A stretch of DNA of 64,000 nucleotides. Source: Sphaerodactylus townsendi (lineage: Eukaryota). The stretch covers positions 111,538,001 through 111,602,000 of the forward strand of contig NC_059428.1 of the NCBI RefSeq assembly GCF_021028975.2, in the 5' to 3' direction. Below the pieces are notes generated by a model. The model did not search any database, was not told where the DNA came from, and saw nothing but the letters and a program-made list of their open reading frames with translations. Below, in pieces: positions 31,701 to 45,402 of the stretch; within the stretch, counting starts at the first letter, position 1, and each line of letters begins with the position of its first letter. Both the position numbers and the translations under genes were made by a program.

Positions 31701-34700
31701 ATATTTGGTTTTATTTCCAATTTTAGTTGGTTTTACTTACATGTAGGCCACCTTGAACCATGAGAAAAGGCAGGGTATAAATATTTTAGTAATATTAATA
31801 TTTTTGATTAAAAATAGAGCTTCAACTTGGAATACAGTTTCTCAGTGGGGCTAATGGTGATAAGCCTGCATCTTACAGATTTTTCTGAGCTGCTACATTA
31901 CAGTGAAGAGTTCAGGCTTTGCTTTCCTAGCATCCATGGCTTCATGGGGCACAGTAGCATGGTCTTCAGGGGAGTAAATGGTGGCTTCACTTTCCTGCTG
32001 CTCTGTGTTGGAAGCAGGCAATTCTTGCCAGAGAAACACGGGTGACTATTGCTGGGCCTGATGGGGAAATTACACTTTTTCAGTTGCCCAGACCAGATAA
32101 GTGTGCCTAAAAACTGTAGGGAGAGAACCAGCTGCTGTACAGATTCACATCAGAGAGTAAGGATTATCTATTTTGTATACTGTTTGAGAAAACCAGGATT
32201 GCTATTGTCAAGAGGCACGGACAAACTGGACAATAAGGGCATGGCGTCTGGATTACTAATTGTACACCTTGTTCAAAGATTATTCCAGCTTTCAATTTGA
32301 GCTTTCATTAGGGTTTTAAATAACCGGCTTTTAGAAATCTTGTTACTTCAATTTTATTTTGTATTTGAACCTGGAAATGTATAATGTGGACTTTATATTC
32401 TATACCTGATAACTTCTGGTCTATGACCGTAATAAACAAAATTGATGATGATACATTATGGAATTGAAATCCGAAGGTTAGAATAGATCCTTCTGTCCGA
32501 TGTATTTGAATGTTTACTCTCTAGCTGTGTTAAGAGCATTGATTACTCCGCAGGAAAGTATTGTGTAAGCTTTTTATGGCTATTTGTGTTGGGTATTTTG
32601 AAATTTTGACATTTTCACTGTCTGTTTTAAAGTTCCCAGTGGTTATAACACGAAGCAGCAATGTCTATGGACCCCACCAGTTTCCAGAAAAGGTCAGTTT
32701 GATTAAAGAACTTCCTGATAGCTTTGATAAGACTTCATACAATTGTGTACTTCATTTATATCCCACCTTTCACCACAGTGGGGACCCAAAGCAGCTTTCC
32801 TTCTCGTATCCTCCATTTTATCCACACAACAACCTTATGAGGAAGGTCAGACTGAGAATATGTGACTGGCTCAAGGTCACCTAGCAAACTTCCGTGGCGC
32901 AAATGGGGATTTGAACCTGGCTGTTCCAGATCTTAGTCTGACATATCTACATACCAAACCACTGCACCACACTTGTTATCTAATCCTGTTGGTGTAACAA
33001 TTTGTCCAGTCCACATCTTTGCATGAGTATTCTTGCTAAATTTTATCAGTGATTTCACTATACCTGGATTCTCCATGTTCTTTTCAAGTTTGCAGAGACA
33101 CTTTGTCAAAAGTCCATCTTTACTGTTTGCGTGCCTAACTTCCTCAGTTGGGGAGTGGTGGGGGGGAGGAATTCTTCCTTGATTTCCAATTGCTCTAGAG
33201 TGGATTTGGGCAGAACTGGAAGGCCGGTCTCATTCATTCCTTAAATCTGTTGTCAGGGAGACACATGGCAGTATCCGATCCCTGTTTCTCTTTGCTTGGC
33301 CAACAGACGATCAGAAGGTTTTAAACTTTTTAAATAGCACTGTCTGTGTTCAGCCATACATAGCTCACCAGAATAAGCTGGATCCGAGCTGCCGTGCATT
33401 TTTTTGCATTACCGTTTTCCATGAGAAAATTGTGGCTGTGTTTTCCTCAACTAGTCTGAATGAACAAATATGTTTTTATTCCTTTTCAGGTTATTCCAAA
33501 GTTTATTTCTCTTCTGCAACAGAACAGAAAATGGTACGTATAGTCATCATGTTTGTTTAAGAAAAAAATTATCTGGCAACACGACTCAGTCAATTGTGGC
33601 ATATTTGAAATGCAATCTTACGCCTCAAAATCTATTTGCTCAAATGACAACAGCTGAAATCCTGACAACTTCTACATACTAAAAGGTCATGTAACTGAAT
33701 ATTCTGATAACTGCAAAAGTTATACTCCCCCACAAGGCTTTTTAACTTGCTTTGTTTGCCAACAGAAGCCCATTAATAGGAGTGACATTGAGTAGAGAGG
33801 GAGTTGGCACAGGCACAGTGACCCCATCTGCACATGATTTCCAGCTGGTGACCAGTGAGTCTATGTGCTTGGGCGATGTGTATGTGTCCCTGTACTCAGG
33901 AATGTTTGAAAAAGCAGAGTTTCCAATCACAAGAACCAAGATGGGCATCTAGACTCTGTGCTTACAAGCCAATGATCATGCATGGGTATTACAGCAAGGC
34001 CAGGTTGCTTTTACATGTTCTTCCTCTGCACATGTTGGGTAATGCCTGGATTTGTTGGCCCTCACAAATACTAAGAATGAAGGTTGCATTTGTTAGCTAT
34101 TTCCTCTGGTGGTGGAAAGTGCCATCAAGTCACAGCCGACATTATGGTAGCCCCAGAGGGTTTTCAAGGCAAGAGACATTCAGAGGTGGTTTGCCATTGG
34201 CTGTCTCTATCTTGGCTTTCTTTGGTGGTCTCCCATCCAAGTACTAACCAGAGCTGACCCTGCTTAGCTTCTGATGAGGTTGTGCTATCCTGTGCCATTG
34301 ATGTTAAGATACTTCATTCTCTTTCCCTCTAGGTAATCTTAATTCTCCTTTTGCTTGTCACCAAATCTCTCCTCTGGTGACAAAGTTAAAAACATCTAAT
34401 TTGGACCAAGATAGTATTCCGCTCTTACGTAGCAATTTTAGGGTTCCCAGTGCTGGTTGCCTTTAGCCATCCTCTCAAGCTTAAATAATTTCATAATAGC
34501 TACGTGTGTGGTTTTCTTGTGTATTCCTACCTCCTCTTGCTCATGGAGTACAATTAAAAGCTTCCAAGTTTAGGAAATGTTCAGTCACACTCCAGTTTAC
34601 GTTGTCATTTAAATTGCAGACACAGCGACAATGAAATACTTTTTGGGAGGTGGGGGAGAGAAAACTTCCCTCAGTACCTGCATCTGGGACTGGACAGATT

Positions 34701-37700
34701 GGTGTTTTGATTGACACCTTCCCAAACTAGGAAACTTTCAGTCATGGGGAACTGCTCACATGCAGGTTCTTAACAAACAAAGAGGATTGTGTGCATTCTG
34801 GATTCAGCCTTTGTCGTGCTGCAATCCTTTCATCAGTTCTGTAAAGTAGGGCAGTATTTTCTCCATATTGCAAATGTGAGTGGTGGTGGTGGTGAATTGA
34901 AATGGAGAGAGATCTGCTTGTCCAGGATCTTCTAACAAATCCATGCCAGTGGTGAGATTTGCTCTGCACACCTCCTGGATCACAGCACTTTCTCTGACAT
35001 ATTATCAGCTCCGCTGTAGTTCTGCTGTTTGTCATCTTGCAAGTCAAACTTGAACATCAAACAGTTCCCCTAATTTTTTTCCCTGCAAATTAGATTAAAA
35101 TATTCTTGCTTTCTTGTTTCTTTCGTTAGTTGCATTCATGGTTCAGGACTGCAGAGGAGACATTTTCTTTATGCCAGTGACGTAGCAGAAGCTTTTCTTA
35201 CTGTGATGAAGAAAGGACAGCCTGGTGAAATCTATAACATTGGGACCAGTTTTGAGCTGTCAGTTACACAGCTTGCCAAGGAACTAATCCATCTAGTGAG
35301 TAATAAATAGAATTGGCAATTGAATGTGAATAAATAATATATTATGAATGATGACTTGGGGTGGGAAAAAAGTGTTTTTTTTAAACTAAGGGGTGTCACA
35401 AAGGCATGGGGGCTAAAAACTTACATAAGAGTAAGACGCTGCTTCCCACAAAATGGCTGCCTCTCAGAGAATTCTGGGATCCATCTTGTTTGTCCTGCCT
35501 GGGCAGGAAGGTGGTTGGTATCTGAACTTTCCCCGTGGCTTTAAGATGTGCCTGGCTGGACATTGGAGATAGCTAATCCCCATTGTGTCACCCTAAGTTG
35601 ATTTAATCAACACTCTGAGCAGACCATTAACTATCCTATCTGCACCCATTCTAGCAATCAGTCAGTATTCAAAAGAGCAGTCCAGGAATTCTCTTGGGTA
35701 CAGACGACTCATCAAGCCTCTCCTATTTTTGTTGGATTCCTGGAAAATCAATTGAGCCTTTGTCTCTGGCTTTCCTGCCAATTTAGCTCATACTGCTTCA
35801 GGATCCAATTTGGGGTACAGATATTGGTCCTTTGGCCATTCATGTTGTGTGTTCATGTTCTGAATCCTTGCCCACAGGCCCACTTGCTTGTGGGCTTTTT
35901 CTTTTGTTCCTGGAGACGCTGGTCGTTTTCCTCTTCAGCCCTGCTTTCCCTGGACATCCCTTAAAGACTGGTAACCATCACCCATCCCTGAAACCCTAGC
36001 CAACTTCTTTCCTTTTCTCTTAGTCAGATGTTGTATGTTTTGTGTGCATAGGTTCATTTCTTGTTTTACTATGTATATTCTTTAATAAAACCATATTGTA
36101 ATTACACAACTGTCTGCTCAGTTGAGAGTATTTACACAGAACTAGCAGCATAAATTCCTGCTGTTAACATTTTTGGAACATAGTGAGGAGATGCTCTTCC
36201 TCTCCTTTGCAGCTCAAGGCAGATTATAATTCCAAACCCAGATTGCATACGGGCGAATAACACTCCCTCTCCTTAAGTAAATGCCTGCAGCTGACACCCT
36301 ACTAAGATCTCAGCAAATAAAATAGCCTTGCACTGCCTCCTGGCAATATCAAGAGGCAGAACACCCCCACCCCTCAGGGAGCCCTTTCTACAAAGTGGGA
36401 GCTGCAATGGAAAAGGCAAGGGCTCTGGATGATGCCAGGTGGGCTGCTTTCAGTGGGAATATGGCCCTGCAGAAGGACTATAGATGGCAAATGGTAACAT
36501 AAGGGAAGACACAGTCCTTCAGATTTGTGGGTTGCATACTATTAAGAGCTTGAAAGGTCTTAACCAGCCCTTGGACTGGGCTCAGAAACAAATTGGGAGC
36601 CTGTGTCACGATTAGTACAAGTACAAATACCGTTGTTGTCATAAAATTAAAATGTACATATCACTAGAAAGATTTATAGGTTAAGATGGTAAAAGTTATG
36701 GTTAAAATTGATGTTATAAAAAGATAACATTGGAGATTATGTTATATCTTTATTTATAATTCATACAAGTCTTCACTTTAAAATTTTTAAGATTTAACCA
36801 TTACAATTTTAAAATCTGTGAGAAGTATTGAGCAACCAAACTTGTAAGTCGTGGATCTCTATCAGACAGGAGGAGAGCAGTTGTTTCTTTGTGCTTTGTG
36901 TTGACCTGCGTTGTGTTGACCTGGGCGGACAATTCAGAGCAGGCTAGATGAATTCCCGTCCTCTCGCCCCTGCCATTTTTGCTGTGTTCTCAAAATTTTC
37001 CCATTTTTTTCTGTTGGAAAAACAGTCCTAGGGTGGAGTGGAGTGGGGGAGTTTATCCTAGCCTTCACATCCCCAAACCTACCTCACAGGGTGGTTGTAA
37101 TAAGAATAAAGAGCTCCCTGAAAGGAGGGTGAGATAAACATTTGCTAAATGAGTAAATAAATAATTACTTCTGTGCATTTAGCAGCATTCATCTGCAGTG
37201 GTGTGTTTCTTTGGATAAACATTCTTGGTAATCTGGACTGTGTGTATTTCTTTGTCAGCACTGCAAATTTAAGAGACCTTATGCTGAATTGTTATGAAAT
37301 TGACATTGAAGAATGTATTGATAGCTCCGTTAACCTGTATAAACCCATTAAATAGCTGTTTACAATTGTACACCAGAAATGTGGGGATACAGAATATGAT
37401 AGATATGCCTTGGGTTAAATTTTTTCCCTGGTAACATAGTTGTTTTTTAATTCACAGATAAAGAATACAAGTTCAGAATCTGAGACAGAATACTGGATGG
37501 ATTACGTTAAAGACAGGTAGGATTGTAACGAGTACGAAGAATTTTTGCTATGCAAATATCTGTGCTTCAGGTGTGGATTGGGGTTTCACAGCAATCTTTA
37601 GAGAACTACAAATGCTTTTAAAATGATGTCAGCAGCTATGGGATGGACCCACAGCCACTGCCTCTTGTAGCTGGACCTGTATTTATTTCTGACCAAATGC

Positions 37701-40700
37701 TACAGTGTACATATGTGATAGGGGTGCTCAGTTAGGCATATAGACTGACTTCTGTTATTCTTTTTTAAGAAGTAATAATTTTTAATATTATATCAACTAC
37801 AAGATGGTGTAAGAGCCATCCTACATAGAGAGGTAAAAGAAAAAACAGATATGAAATACAAAACTTTAGCCTCCATTCCTCAGAAAATAACCCATACAGT
37901 GACATTTAATTTAAAAAAGATCAGAATAGAAGAATAAAAAGAGAAAAAGAATTATAGCTGATTTCTCTCCTGCCTTCATCTTATATATAATATTTCTGAC
38001 TAAGCCCATTTACTTTTATACCAGCTTATGTTATTAAAGTTCCCACTTTAAAAAAAAATTATTTCCACTAATATTATTGTATTTGTACATAAATGATATA
38101 TAACAAGCGACAAAAATATATAACATTTCATTTTTACTAACTTTCTCTGTCTATCTCATTCTATCTGTTGCATGCCCCTGTGTTATGTACAACCATTTTC
38201 AAATTATTTAAGGATTTATAATTACTCTAACCCCTTTAGTTAAATCTTAAATCTATAACTTTTGTCTTATTCTGTCTCTCCTACCCCCCTGATTCTCAGT
38301 TTAACCCATTGGTGTTATGTTGCTCTCCATAAAAAGAATTCAAAAGAAAAGGTAACAACTTTCAGGTTGTCTGAAGATTTGTTCTTATTGAAGAACTGTC
38401 TCACATCTTGAATATCTGTGATCTTCTGGTAGGCTCAATTGAAGGTGAAATTAGTCTAAGGAGAATTTTCTTCTTTTTCAAAGCATCTGTGAGAAATTGA
38501 TACTCCTTACATTTCAGCAGTATCTCACATGGTTGTTCTTTCATGAAGATTAGGTCGCAACCTTGAAACTGTATTTTTTTACTGGTAATAATATCTCTTC
38601 TTTAAATGACCTGCAGGAGATTCTTGTTCTTGGCTGCTAAGGATCTTACATGATACATTCTATCCACCATAGACACTATTTCTGCAACAGAAAGAGACAT
38701 GAAGTTCACTAACTCATTCCACCTCTGAAATCCTTTTAAAGTTAGTAGCTAGCCCTTTAATCTTCTTGTATGTCTGATATTTCCCGCATCATCTTGTTCT
38801 CCATATCTGACATATAATTTCCTATGGAAATTAACAACAGTTCTATTTTTTTTATAGGGTCCGATCCAGCTCATGTTCTTTTTTTATCTGCCATCTTCAC
38901 TTTCACCACTAGATGTCCTTCTTGGCTCACAAATGTCCTTAATTCACTCAGTTTTATTCAGTCCAATCTCCATGCAATCTCCTACCCTCTCCTCCTTCCA
39001 AAAAATCAGTCACCAGGATAAACTTTCTTTTTTCAAGATGAGTTACAGTTGTAGTTCATTTGCTTCTCCTCCAGATAGTAACTATTTTCCTATTATCTCT
39101 TTTAGGAAAACAATTTTAAGAGAGTGTTTCTGTTTCACAGTGAAGTTTTCCATTCAAATAAAATGGCGATCTGTGATCTAAGACTCAGTTCATTAAATGA
39201 GGGTACAAACAGATAGTATTCATCTTTTAGCAGATCTAGAGCTCTCACTGGTCACAACATAAGGAGGATGGCAAAATTATCCTTTTGTTTTTCTTTCTTT
39301 CCATCATGTTTCACAGGTAGTACTGCATCTCTAAGGCTTTGACAGTCAGTGCTGCCTCCTCAGCCTTCCTCTGTCTAGAAGACAGTGGGAGAAGTAGACA
39401 GGGCAGCTGGCATACTTGTAGTACCTTCACTCATCCTCCTACCCACCTTAGCCGAGCAAAGTGCTTCCTCTTCCAGCTTCATATCTCCTACAAAGTTGGT
39501 CTTTCCCCAGGATCACATTCCAGGCAAAATGAACAGAGGGGGAGCTTCTCCTCTTGGGAGAGATGTCACCATTAGCAATGACTGGAACTGGAACTTCTGA
39601 TTTCTGTTGTTCTTATGTGGTTTAACAGTTGTAGCCATCTAGTCAGAGACTAGAAATCTTTTAGTGGCTTGTATGCACGACGTAAATGGTGACGTAAATG
39701 GTGGTTTAGTACATTTGCTAAAGAGGTTAGAGGATCAACAGAAGGACCATTGTAGAAGAAGAGGGTACTGAAAGGACTAAACTTGTATTTGCATGGGGGG
39801 GGGGGTCCAAATCACACATGAATTGCTTGAGGTGGTGTGCAATTTAATTCTGGTTGTATTTTTCTCGTCATTTTTTTTGAAGACCTACAAATGACTTGGG
39901 ATATCCAATGAACTCTGGAAAAATGCACAGCTTGGGTTGGAGACCTAAAGTACCCTGGAAAGAAGGAATAAAGAAAACAAGTAGGTGATGCTGCCAACAC
40001 ATTGGTTTGGAACTACCTTGGCCAATGCCATTCATAGGAATGGGTAGCTGCAGATTTGAAAGCAAGTTACATAAAAGCTACCCCTCTCCCATTACATGCA
40101 AATATAAATGTGATGCTTAATGAGATGGAAGTAAAGTGGTGAGTGCGGGGGTGGGGGTGGGGGGGGAAGCTAGTCAAACATGAACTGGATTGCCTGTATT
40201 ATGGAACAGCTTTTTGTAACAGAATAACCTCGCTTAATTTTGTATTTCATTGGGTCAGGTCAGCAGAGGATACTTGGCTAACTTTTTTAAATCTAGAGAC
40301 AGTGGTTACTAGTTGCAACTGGCAAATCTCTAACTCCATTTGGGCAGCTTCCAGTGTTAACTCTGAATGCTCCATGAAGTTATGTGGTTCATTTGGAAAC
40401 AGTCAATATAGAATTTAGATGTCAGGTTTATGTTTTGTGGAACACAATTGCCACAAGTGTGTCCAGTGTCATAAGAAGTTAGCATCATTGAATGGTCTCT
40501 TATGTGCTGGGAGGCACTCTGGGCCTAAATTCCAGCTCTGGTTTATTCTAATTACACAAATCCTAAATGTTCAGTGTTGTCACCCTTCCAATAATAATTA
40601 AATTCTATTCATAATATTCTGATTTTTTAAACTCCATGCCTTTCTGTTCCAAATCCCTAAGCTGACTGATATCCTAGGCTGAGGTTTTTCTCCATTGTCA

Positions 40701-40995
40701 CAAGCTGGAAACTTGCTTCCAAAATTTATTCTCATAATTTTGAGCCTCAGAAATAACTTTAGGGCCAAATCCTGCATGCTCATAAGTTATCAGCCAGTCT
40801 CACTGAATTTTCTGGGTTATGACTGTATAAAACTGTGTAAAGCTGTGCTGTAAGATTGTATAGGCTGTAATTATTAATATTTTTAAAACTTGTCCTTTTC
40901 TCATGCTAGTTGAATGGTATCAAGAGAACTTCCACAACTGGAAGAATGCAGGGAGCGCTCTGGAGCCTTATCCTGTTTTGCAAGAATCGGGATGA
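24354..40995 (+). CDS. TGDS: TGDS (dTDP-D-glucose 4,6-dehydratase-like extended SDR), complete 12-exon CDS, 1062 nt = 353 aa
   Basis: Exons 24354-24433, 26290-26356, 27604-27672, 28535-28625, 29915-30057, 31202-31300, 32633-32692, 33490-33533, 35130-35295, 37458-37516, 39883-39980, 40910-40995. All GT-AG. Motifs: TGGAGFI (NAD binding), [16 protein letters not shown], YxxxK (YATSK), NVYGPHQ. Confidence 0.97.
24659..24843. mobile_element. hAT-like short element with GGGTTGCCA...TGGCAACCC ends (related copies ~45150-45331 and ~54890-55087)
   Basis: Terminal inverted repeat, and a CAGATCAGTT..CCTGGAG core shared between copies. Confidence 0.55.
25718..25771. repeat. (GT)n(GA)n microsatellite
   Basis: Direct reading. 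Confidence 0.9.
25865..26136 (+). mobile_element. Sauria-SINE-like element
   Basis: tRNA-like head (TGGCATAGTGG...GAGTTTGAACCC); BovB-like tail GGACACAACTAAAGGGGAAACTTTACCTTT. Confidence 0.7.
26290..26356 (+). CDS. TGDS: TGDS exon 2
   Basis: [22 protein letters not shown]. Confidence 0.95.
27604..27672 (+). CDS. TGDS: TGDS exon 3
   Basis: [23 protein letters not shown]. Confidence 0.95.
27699..28310. mobile_element. PIF/Harbinger-like MITE in TGDS intron 3
   Basis: TIR GGCCCTTTC(TG/CA)CACGGGCCAT; 3-bp direct repeat ATA on both sides. Confidence 0.75.
28535..28625 (+). CDS. TGDS: TGDS exon 4
   Basis: [30 protein letters not shown]. Confidence 0.95.
29915..30057 (+). CDS. TGDS: TGDS exon 5
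   Basis: [17 protein letters not shown]...[16 protein letters not shown]. Confidence 0.95.
31202..31300 (+). CDS. TGDS: TGDS exon 6
   Basis: [33 protein letters not shown]. Confidence 0.95.
32633..32692 (+). CDS. TGDS: TGDS exon 7
   Basis: [20 protein letters not shown]. Confidence 0.95.
33490..33533 (+). CDS. TGDS: TGDS exon 8
   Basis: [14 protein letters not shown]. Confidence 0.94.
35130..35295 (+). CDS. TGDS: TGDS exon 9
   Basis: [39 protein letters not shown]...LAKELIHL. Confidence 0.95.
37458..37516 (+). CDS. TGDS: TGDS exon 10
   Basis: [19 protein letters not shown]. Confidence 0.93.
37760..39250 (-). mobile_element. Decayed L1-like 5' fragment (ORF1 region) in TGDS intron 10
   Basis: A-rich, Lys/Glu-rich degenerate coding on the minus strand. 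Confidence 0.3.
39883..39980 (+). CDS. TGDS: TGDS exon 11
   Basis: [32 protein letters not shown]. Confidence 0.94.
40910..40995 (+). CDS. TGDS: TGDS exon 12 (terminal)
   Basis: [27 protein letters not shown]. Confidence 0.93.
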
Positions 40996-43445
40996 CTTGT
41001 ATGGCGCAGCTACAAGGACAAAAAAGAAGGAAATTATTCTACCTCAAAGCCACAGTTCTATCGAGAGAGAGAGAGGGGAACTTCATGGAGCGGCCAGAAT
41101 TGAAGCTGCCATGTCTTCAGTAAATATAAAATGTGAATCATCAACACTATCAAGAAAGACACTAGAAAGAAATTTTAGAAATCTTAATGCCAATAGGACC
41201 ATCTTAATTTCATCAGCATTCTAATGCAATATTGAAGCTTTAAAGTATTTTTTATTAAAAATTGGAATTAAAGTCATTTTTGTTATTTGTACATTTTGGT
41301 ACAACTATTTTGTATTATATGTGTTGTTTCTTTTAAAAAAGGCAGTCCTACACCAACCCTTTCTAGTTCTTTCTGTTTCCAGATTTGTATTGTCACAAAA
41401 AGAGCAGTATTCTCTGTGCTGGTTTTCCAGGGACAATTGCTTTGTCATCTGTTTCAGAATAAGTGTTGTACAGTGCTATGGAATCCTTTGTTAACACCTG
41501 AAATGTGTGAAATTACAGAAACAAGAGATTCTCTTATAGAACCTGTATCTACTGGCACTTTTTTCTCCTTGATTTTCAAGTAGATATGACGCGGAATATC
41601 CAGGAGACAGTAGTATTGTAACTGACTTGATTGTTTTATGAATCATTGTTGGTGCTAAGCAGTGCATTTGTGGGTTTCTCTGCCATGCTACTTCTCTTGA
41701 GGTTACTGTGTGTTCTATTTTCCACGGTGCCGGCCAGAGGTGTAACTGGGGAAAATGGAGCCTGGGGAAGACTTCAAGTTTTCTGCCCCCTGCCGAAGGT
41801 ACTGTCATGCGCCTGGGAGCCCCCTCCCCACGCTGCCCCCAACCGGCATTTGGCCTCCTGTGTTCCCTTCCCGTCCTACTTATCTGGCATTTTGCTTGGA
41901 GGGCGGGGAGGAGAGGGGAAGAGAAGAGATTTGCTCCTTTTTTTGCACAGGTCCCCACCCTGCCCCCTTATAGCTATGCTGAGGCAGGATTGGGCACGGA
42001 TGCCCAGCAACAGCCTCTGTGGGGCCTGGCCGGGTGAGAGGGAAAGGGGTCTGAGGGCAATTTTCCACCCCTCATGTGACCCCACCATCACCCGCCGGGT
42101 GTGCCGGTCCCCACCCCGTCCCGTTATAGCTAGGCGTCAGCTGGCACTGAGTATTCAGACAAATTCTGCATTATTTTGATGAGATGCCATCTTGGTTTAT
42201 CATCAATCTCTGCTTTTATAGACATACTCTGGATTGCGGGAGTCCAAAGCAGAGTGACTAGCTTTGCCAAAAGACTTATATATCATTTTTGTGGTTCTCC
42301 TGTAAAGGATGTGCATTTCTGCTTTTCTTGAGGATGACATATCACCAGCCTATTGATTTCATTGTAAATGTTGCCCTGACCATATGTGCAGTGCCGTGGC
42401 TTATACAGAAGCATAAACCATTCCGGAATGCAACATTCATGACATCATAGCAAGGAACCAGTGATGTCACAGGGAGAGGCCTCCATTGCCACTATATATG
42501 GAAATGGAGCCCTGGGGGATTTAGGGAGGTGCAATAAATAAATAAATAAATAAAATGTGTAAAGAGTAGTAGTTATCTTCTCACTTCAAACTCTTATTCT
42601 GTAAGTAAGGACAACCACATTTTGAGCCAATTCCTCTGTTTAAAAAATTATATGGCAGCACTATGCACTGTGGTCACTTGTACAATATTCTGTTCTAAGG
42701 GCCAGCTCTTCTCCAGAAGCTTTTTTAAAATTCCCAATTCCTAATTTTCCACGAGCCAAGAATATGCCTATGTTCAGCAGGTTGCTGAATTCAGGAGATC
42801 TCCAGCTACCACCAGGAGGTCGTAGATGTAATGATCCTTTACAGTTAAATATAATGATCCTTGAAAGCAAATTCTGGATAATTTCTACTGAAAGACACCA
42901 TGACAAAGCCCATTACGGCTAGGTGACATTTTAATAATTTGAACATGGAAAATGATGGGAAATTACCTGTCATGTTTCTTTTTGCAACATAGAAATGATT
43001 ATTTTATACTGCTTAGCCAGTCAATAAATGACACACACCACTCCCTCCCTTTCTGTTGCACAAAAACATTCTGATTCTCATTATTTACCTCTTGTAAAAG
43101 ACGTATTAAACCAAGTTAATAATGCCAACAGAAGCAGGAATCACTATGCCTTGATACAGAGGGAAATAACTTTCTATGAAGGAAGCATCAACATTTCAAA
43201 CTGTTTTTAACAAAGTCCCTTTAGATTGCTTAAATGCTTTTTTCCATAGCAGAGCTACATTGTTCATTGGAGAATCAATTCATGCAACACTAGCATAACA
43301 GGTAGACAAACTGGCTGAGCAGCTGGTCAAAGTACAGCAATTTTCACAACCGTAACTTTTCAAAGGCAAAAGTTGCAAATTTCAGCACCTCTAAGCCAGT
43401 CCTAAAGCTATTTTCTGCGCTGAGATGGCAAGTGTGGGCCCAGCA

Positions 43446-43518
43446 GCCGAAATAGCTCAGTTGGGAGAGCGTTAGACTGAAGATCTAAAGGTCCCTGGTT
43501 CAATCCCGGGTTTCGGCA
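43446..43518 (+). tRNA. tRNA-Phe (anticodon GAA), intact 73 nt
   Basis: GCCGAAATAGCTCAGTTGGGAGAGCGTTAGACTGAAGATCTAAAGGTCCCTGGTTCAATCCCGGGTTTCGGCA. Canonical vertebrate tRNA-Phe with full cloverleaf and A/B boxes. Confidence 0.98.
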
Positions 43519-43530
43519 AGATAGGTTGAA

Positions 43531-43536
43531 TTTTTT
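43531..43536 (+). terminator. Pol III terminator (T6) of tRNA-Phe
   Basis: TTTTTT 12 nt after the tRNA 3' end. Confidence 0.8.
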
Positions 43537-43743
43537 CTCTCTCAGGCTATCCCATGCAAATTCTGCCTGAAGAGTGTAGCAACTGAGTGTCATGCCTCTT
43601 GTCTTTATGGGAGCCTCAGAAAGGTGCCAGAATCTCATTCAAAAGGCTACACTCCTTCACCCCTCCTTTACCACATTCACAAAGTCTTGCAAGATCAGCT
43701 TGGCAGGGAAGGTTTTAAAATGATGCATACCCCACCCTCAAAG

Positions 43744-43744
43744 T

Positions 43745-43775
<31 letters not shown>
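43744..43775. repeat. (AGC)n(AGT)n microsatellite
   Basis: Direct reading. Confidence 0.85.
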
Positions 43776-43776
<1 letters not shown>

Positions 43777-45402
43777 ATTTATTCACCATTCTTCCCTAAA
43801 GGCTCAGGGTGGTTTCCATCATTTTATAAAACTATACAAAAAACATTATAAATACTTAACATTACAATTGCACAACATTCAGTTTCAAAATATATTAACT
43901 GCAATTTCAGTTGCTGACAACTGGAAGTAATCAGCACCCACACCAGTTTCAGATTTAGCTGGATCCCACTGGGAAGAGAGCTTCCTTTACAGAGTTAACT
44001 TTTTTAAAATGGCTTTAATCCCAAAGGCATTCTCCTGAGAGTAAGTGCCATTGAATAAAATGGAACTTCTGAATTTACCTGCTTAGTACTGCTCCCTTTA
44101 AGCATTGAAGAACAACTTTCCATTTGTATGGACTTGTTGGTGGAAAACTGGATCCTGTTTAACGGATTTTTTTGAAATAACAAAGTGCCCAATTTCCATC
44201 AATGAAAAAAAGAGTGGTTGAGGAATTGGATAATTTCTCCTCCCTCTGAATCACGGCTGCACATACAATTTACCATTTGCCAGTAGACAGAGATCCATGG
44301 TCTTTATACCATCTATTTGGGCCAGATTATTCAGCAAAGGCACATTTGCTTGAAGGTGTGAGTTATTCTAGGACTAGGTACTGGCACAATCCATTTGCAA
44401 GAATAAGTTTATTTGTTTAGGGAATTCATGTCTAAACACTCACTGGATAACAAGATGAGACACTATGTGACTGAGAAGCAACAAAGAAATGCCCCCTCTC
44501 CTTTGAGGAATATCAAAGCCACATTAAATGCAAAATACCTTTGAGGGACTCGATTCTGATAAAGAAGAAAGGGGTATAATTGTGCAGGGTTATAACTGTG
44601 TGCTCCACTAATGTCCCGTTGGGGTCCAGGAAGTTTTCCTTTCCCACATGGGTTTTGCACTCCCCATCATCAGAGAACAAAAGATATCTCTGGGAAAATC
44701 TGTACTTACACCCAGAGAGAAAATTTCCCATAGATCCAGTTTGTTGGTGATCTTTGTCTTCTGCCAATTTTTCTCACAGAGTTGCAGTTACTACCTCTGA
44801 CCTTTACGCATTCACAGTGACACTGTTTCCTACTGAATTCTGAGATCTGCGTATGTATGTCCTTGTCCTTTCTATGCAGATTCTCTTGATGTGGTACATT
44901 TTGCTTTCTTTTTCAACATGTACACACAGCAAACTCTGTTTGGATGAGTATCTTCATCTCTATTTTTTCAGAGCATGGGATAGTTCTGACGAACTTCATG
45001 TTGCTTCCAGGCTTAATGTTTTACGATGCAATAAATATGTGGTTCCTTCTTTCAGGGAAATCTTATGACTTGCGGAAAGAAGTTTGAATTTGCAAAGCTG
45101 CCATTAGGTATGTTTGTTTCAGGCAGTCAATGTTGTTGTTGTATGGGTCAAAGAATTCCAATATGATAAGGAGGGTGGGGTTTGGGGAGGGGAGTAACAT
45201 CAATGGAGTATAATGCCATGAAGCCCACCTTCTGAAGCAGCCATTTTCTCCAGGCAAACTGATCTTTGTCGCCTGGAGATCAGCTGTAATCCCAGGAAAG
45301 TCTCAACCAAAGCCTAGAGGGCAGCAACCCTCATGACGGCAAAGTGATTGAAAGGTAAAAGGAATTATAATATGAGGCTGTACATAGATAGTGCTGGTAT
45401 CA

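Noticed and set aside
35586-36169. Possible solo LTR in TGDS intron 9
   Set aside because: TG...CA ends and AATAAA are present, but there is no TSD or convincing inverted termini; too weak to call.
24354-40995. RmlB-like gene as a bacterial horizontal transfer
   Set aside because: It is the ordinary intron-containing vertebrate TGDS in its usual synteny.
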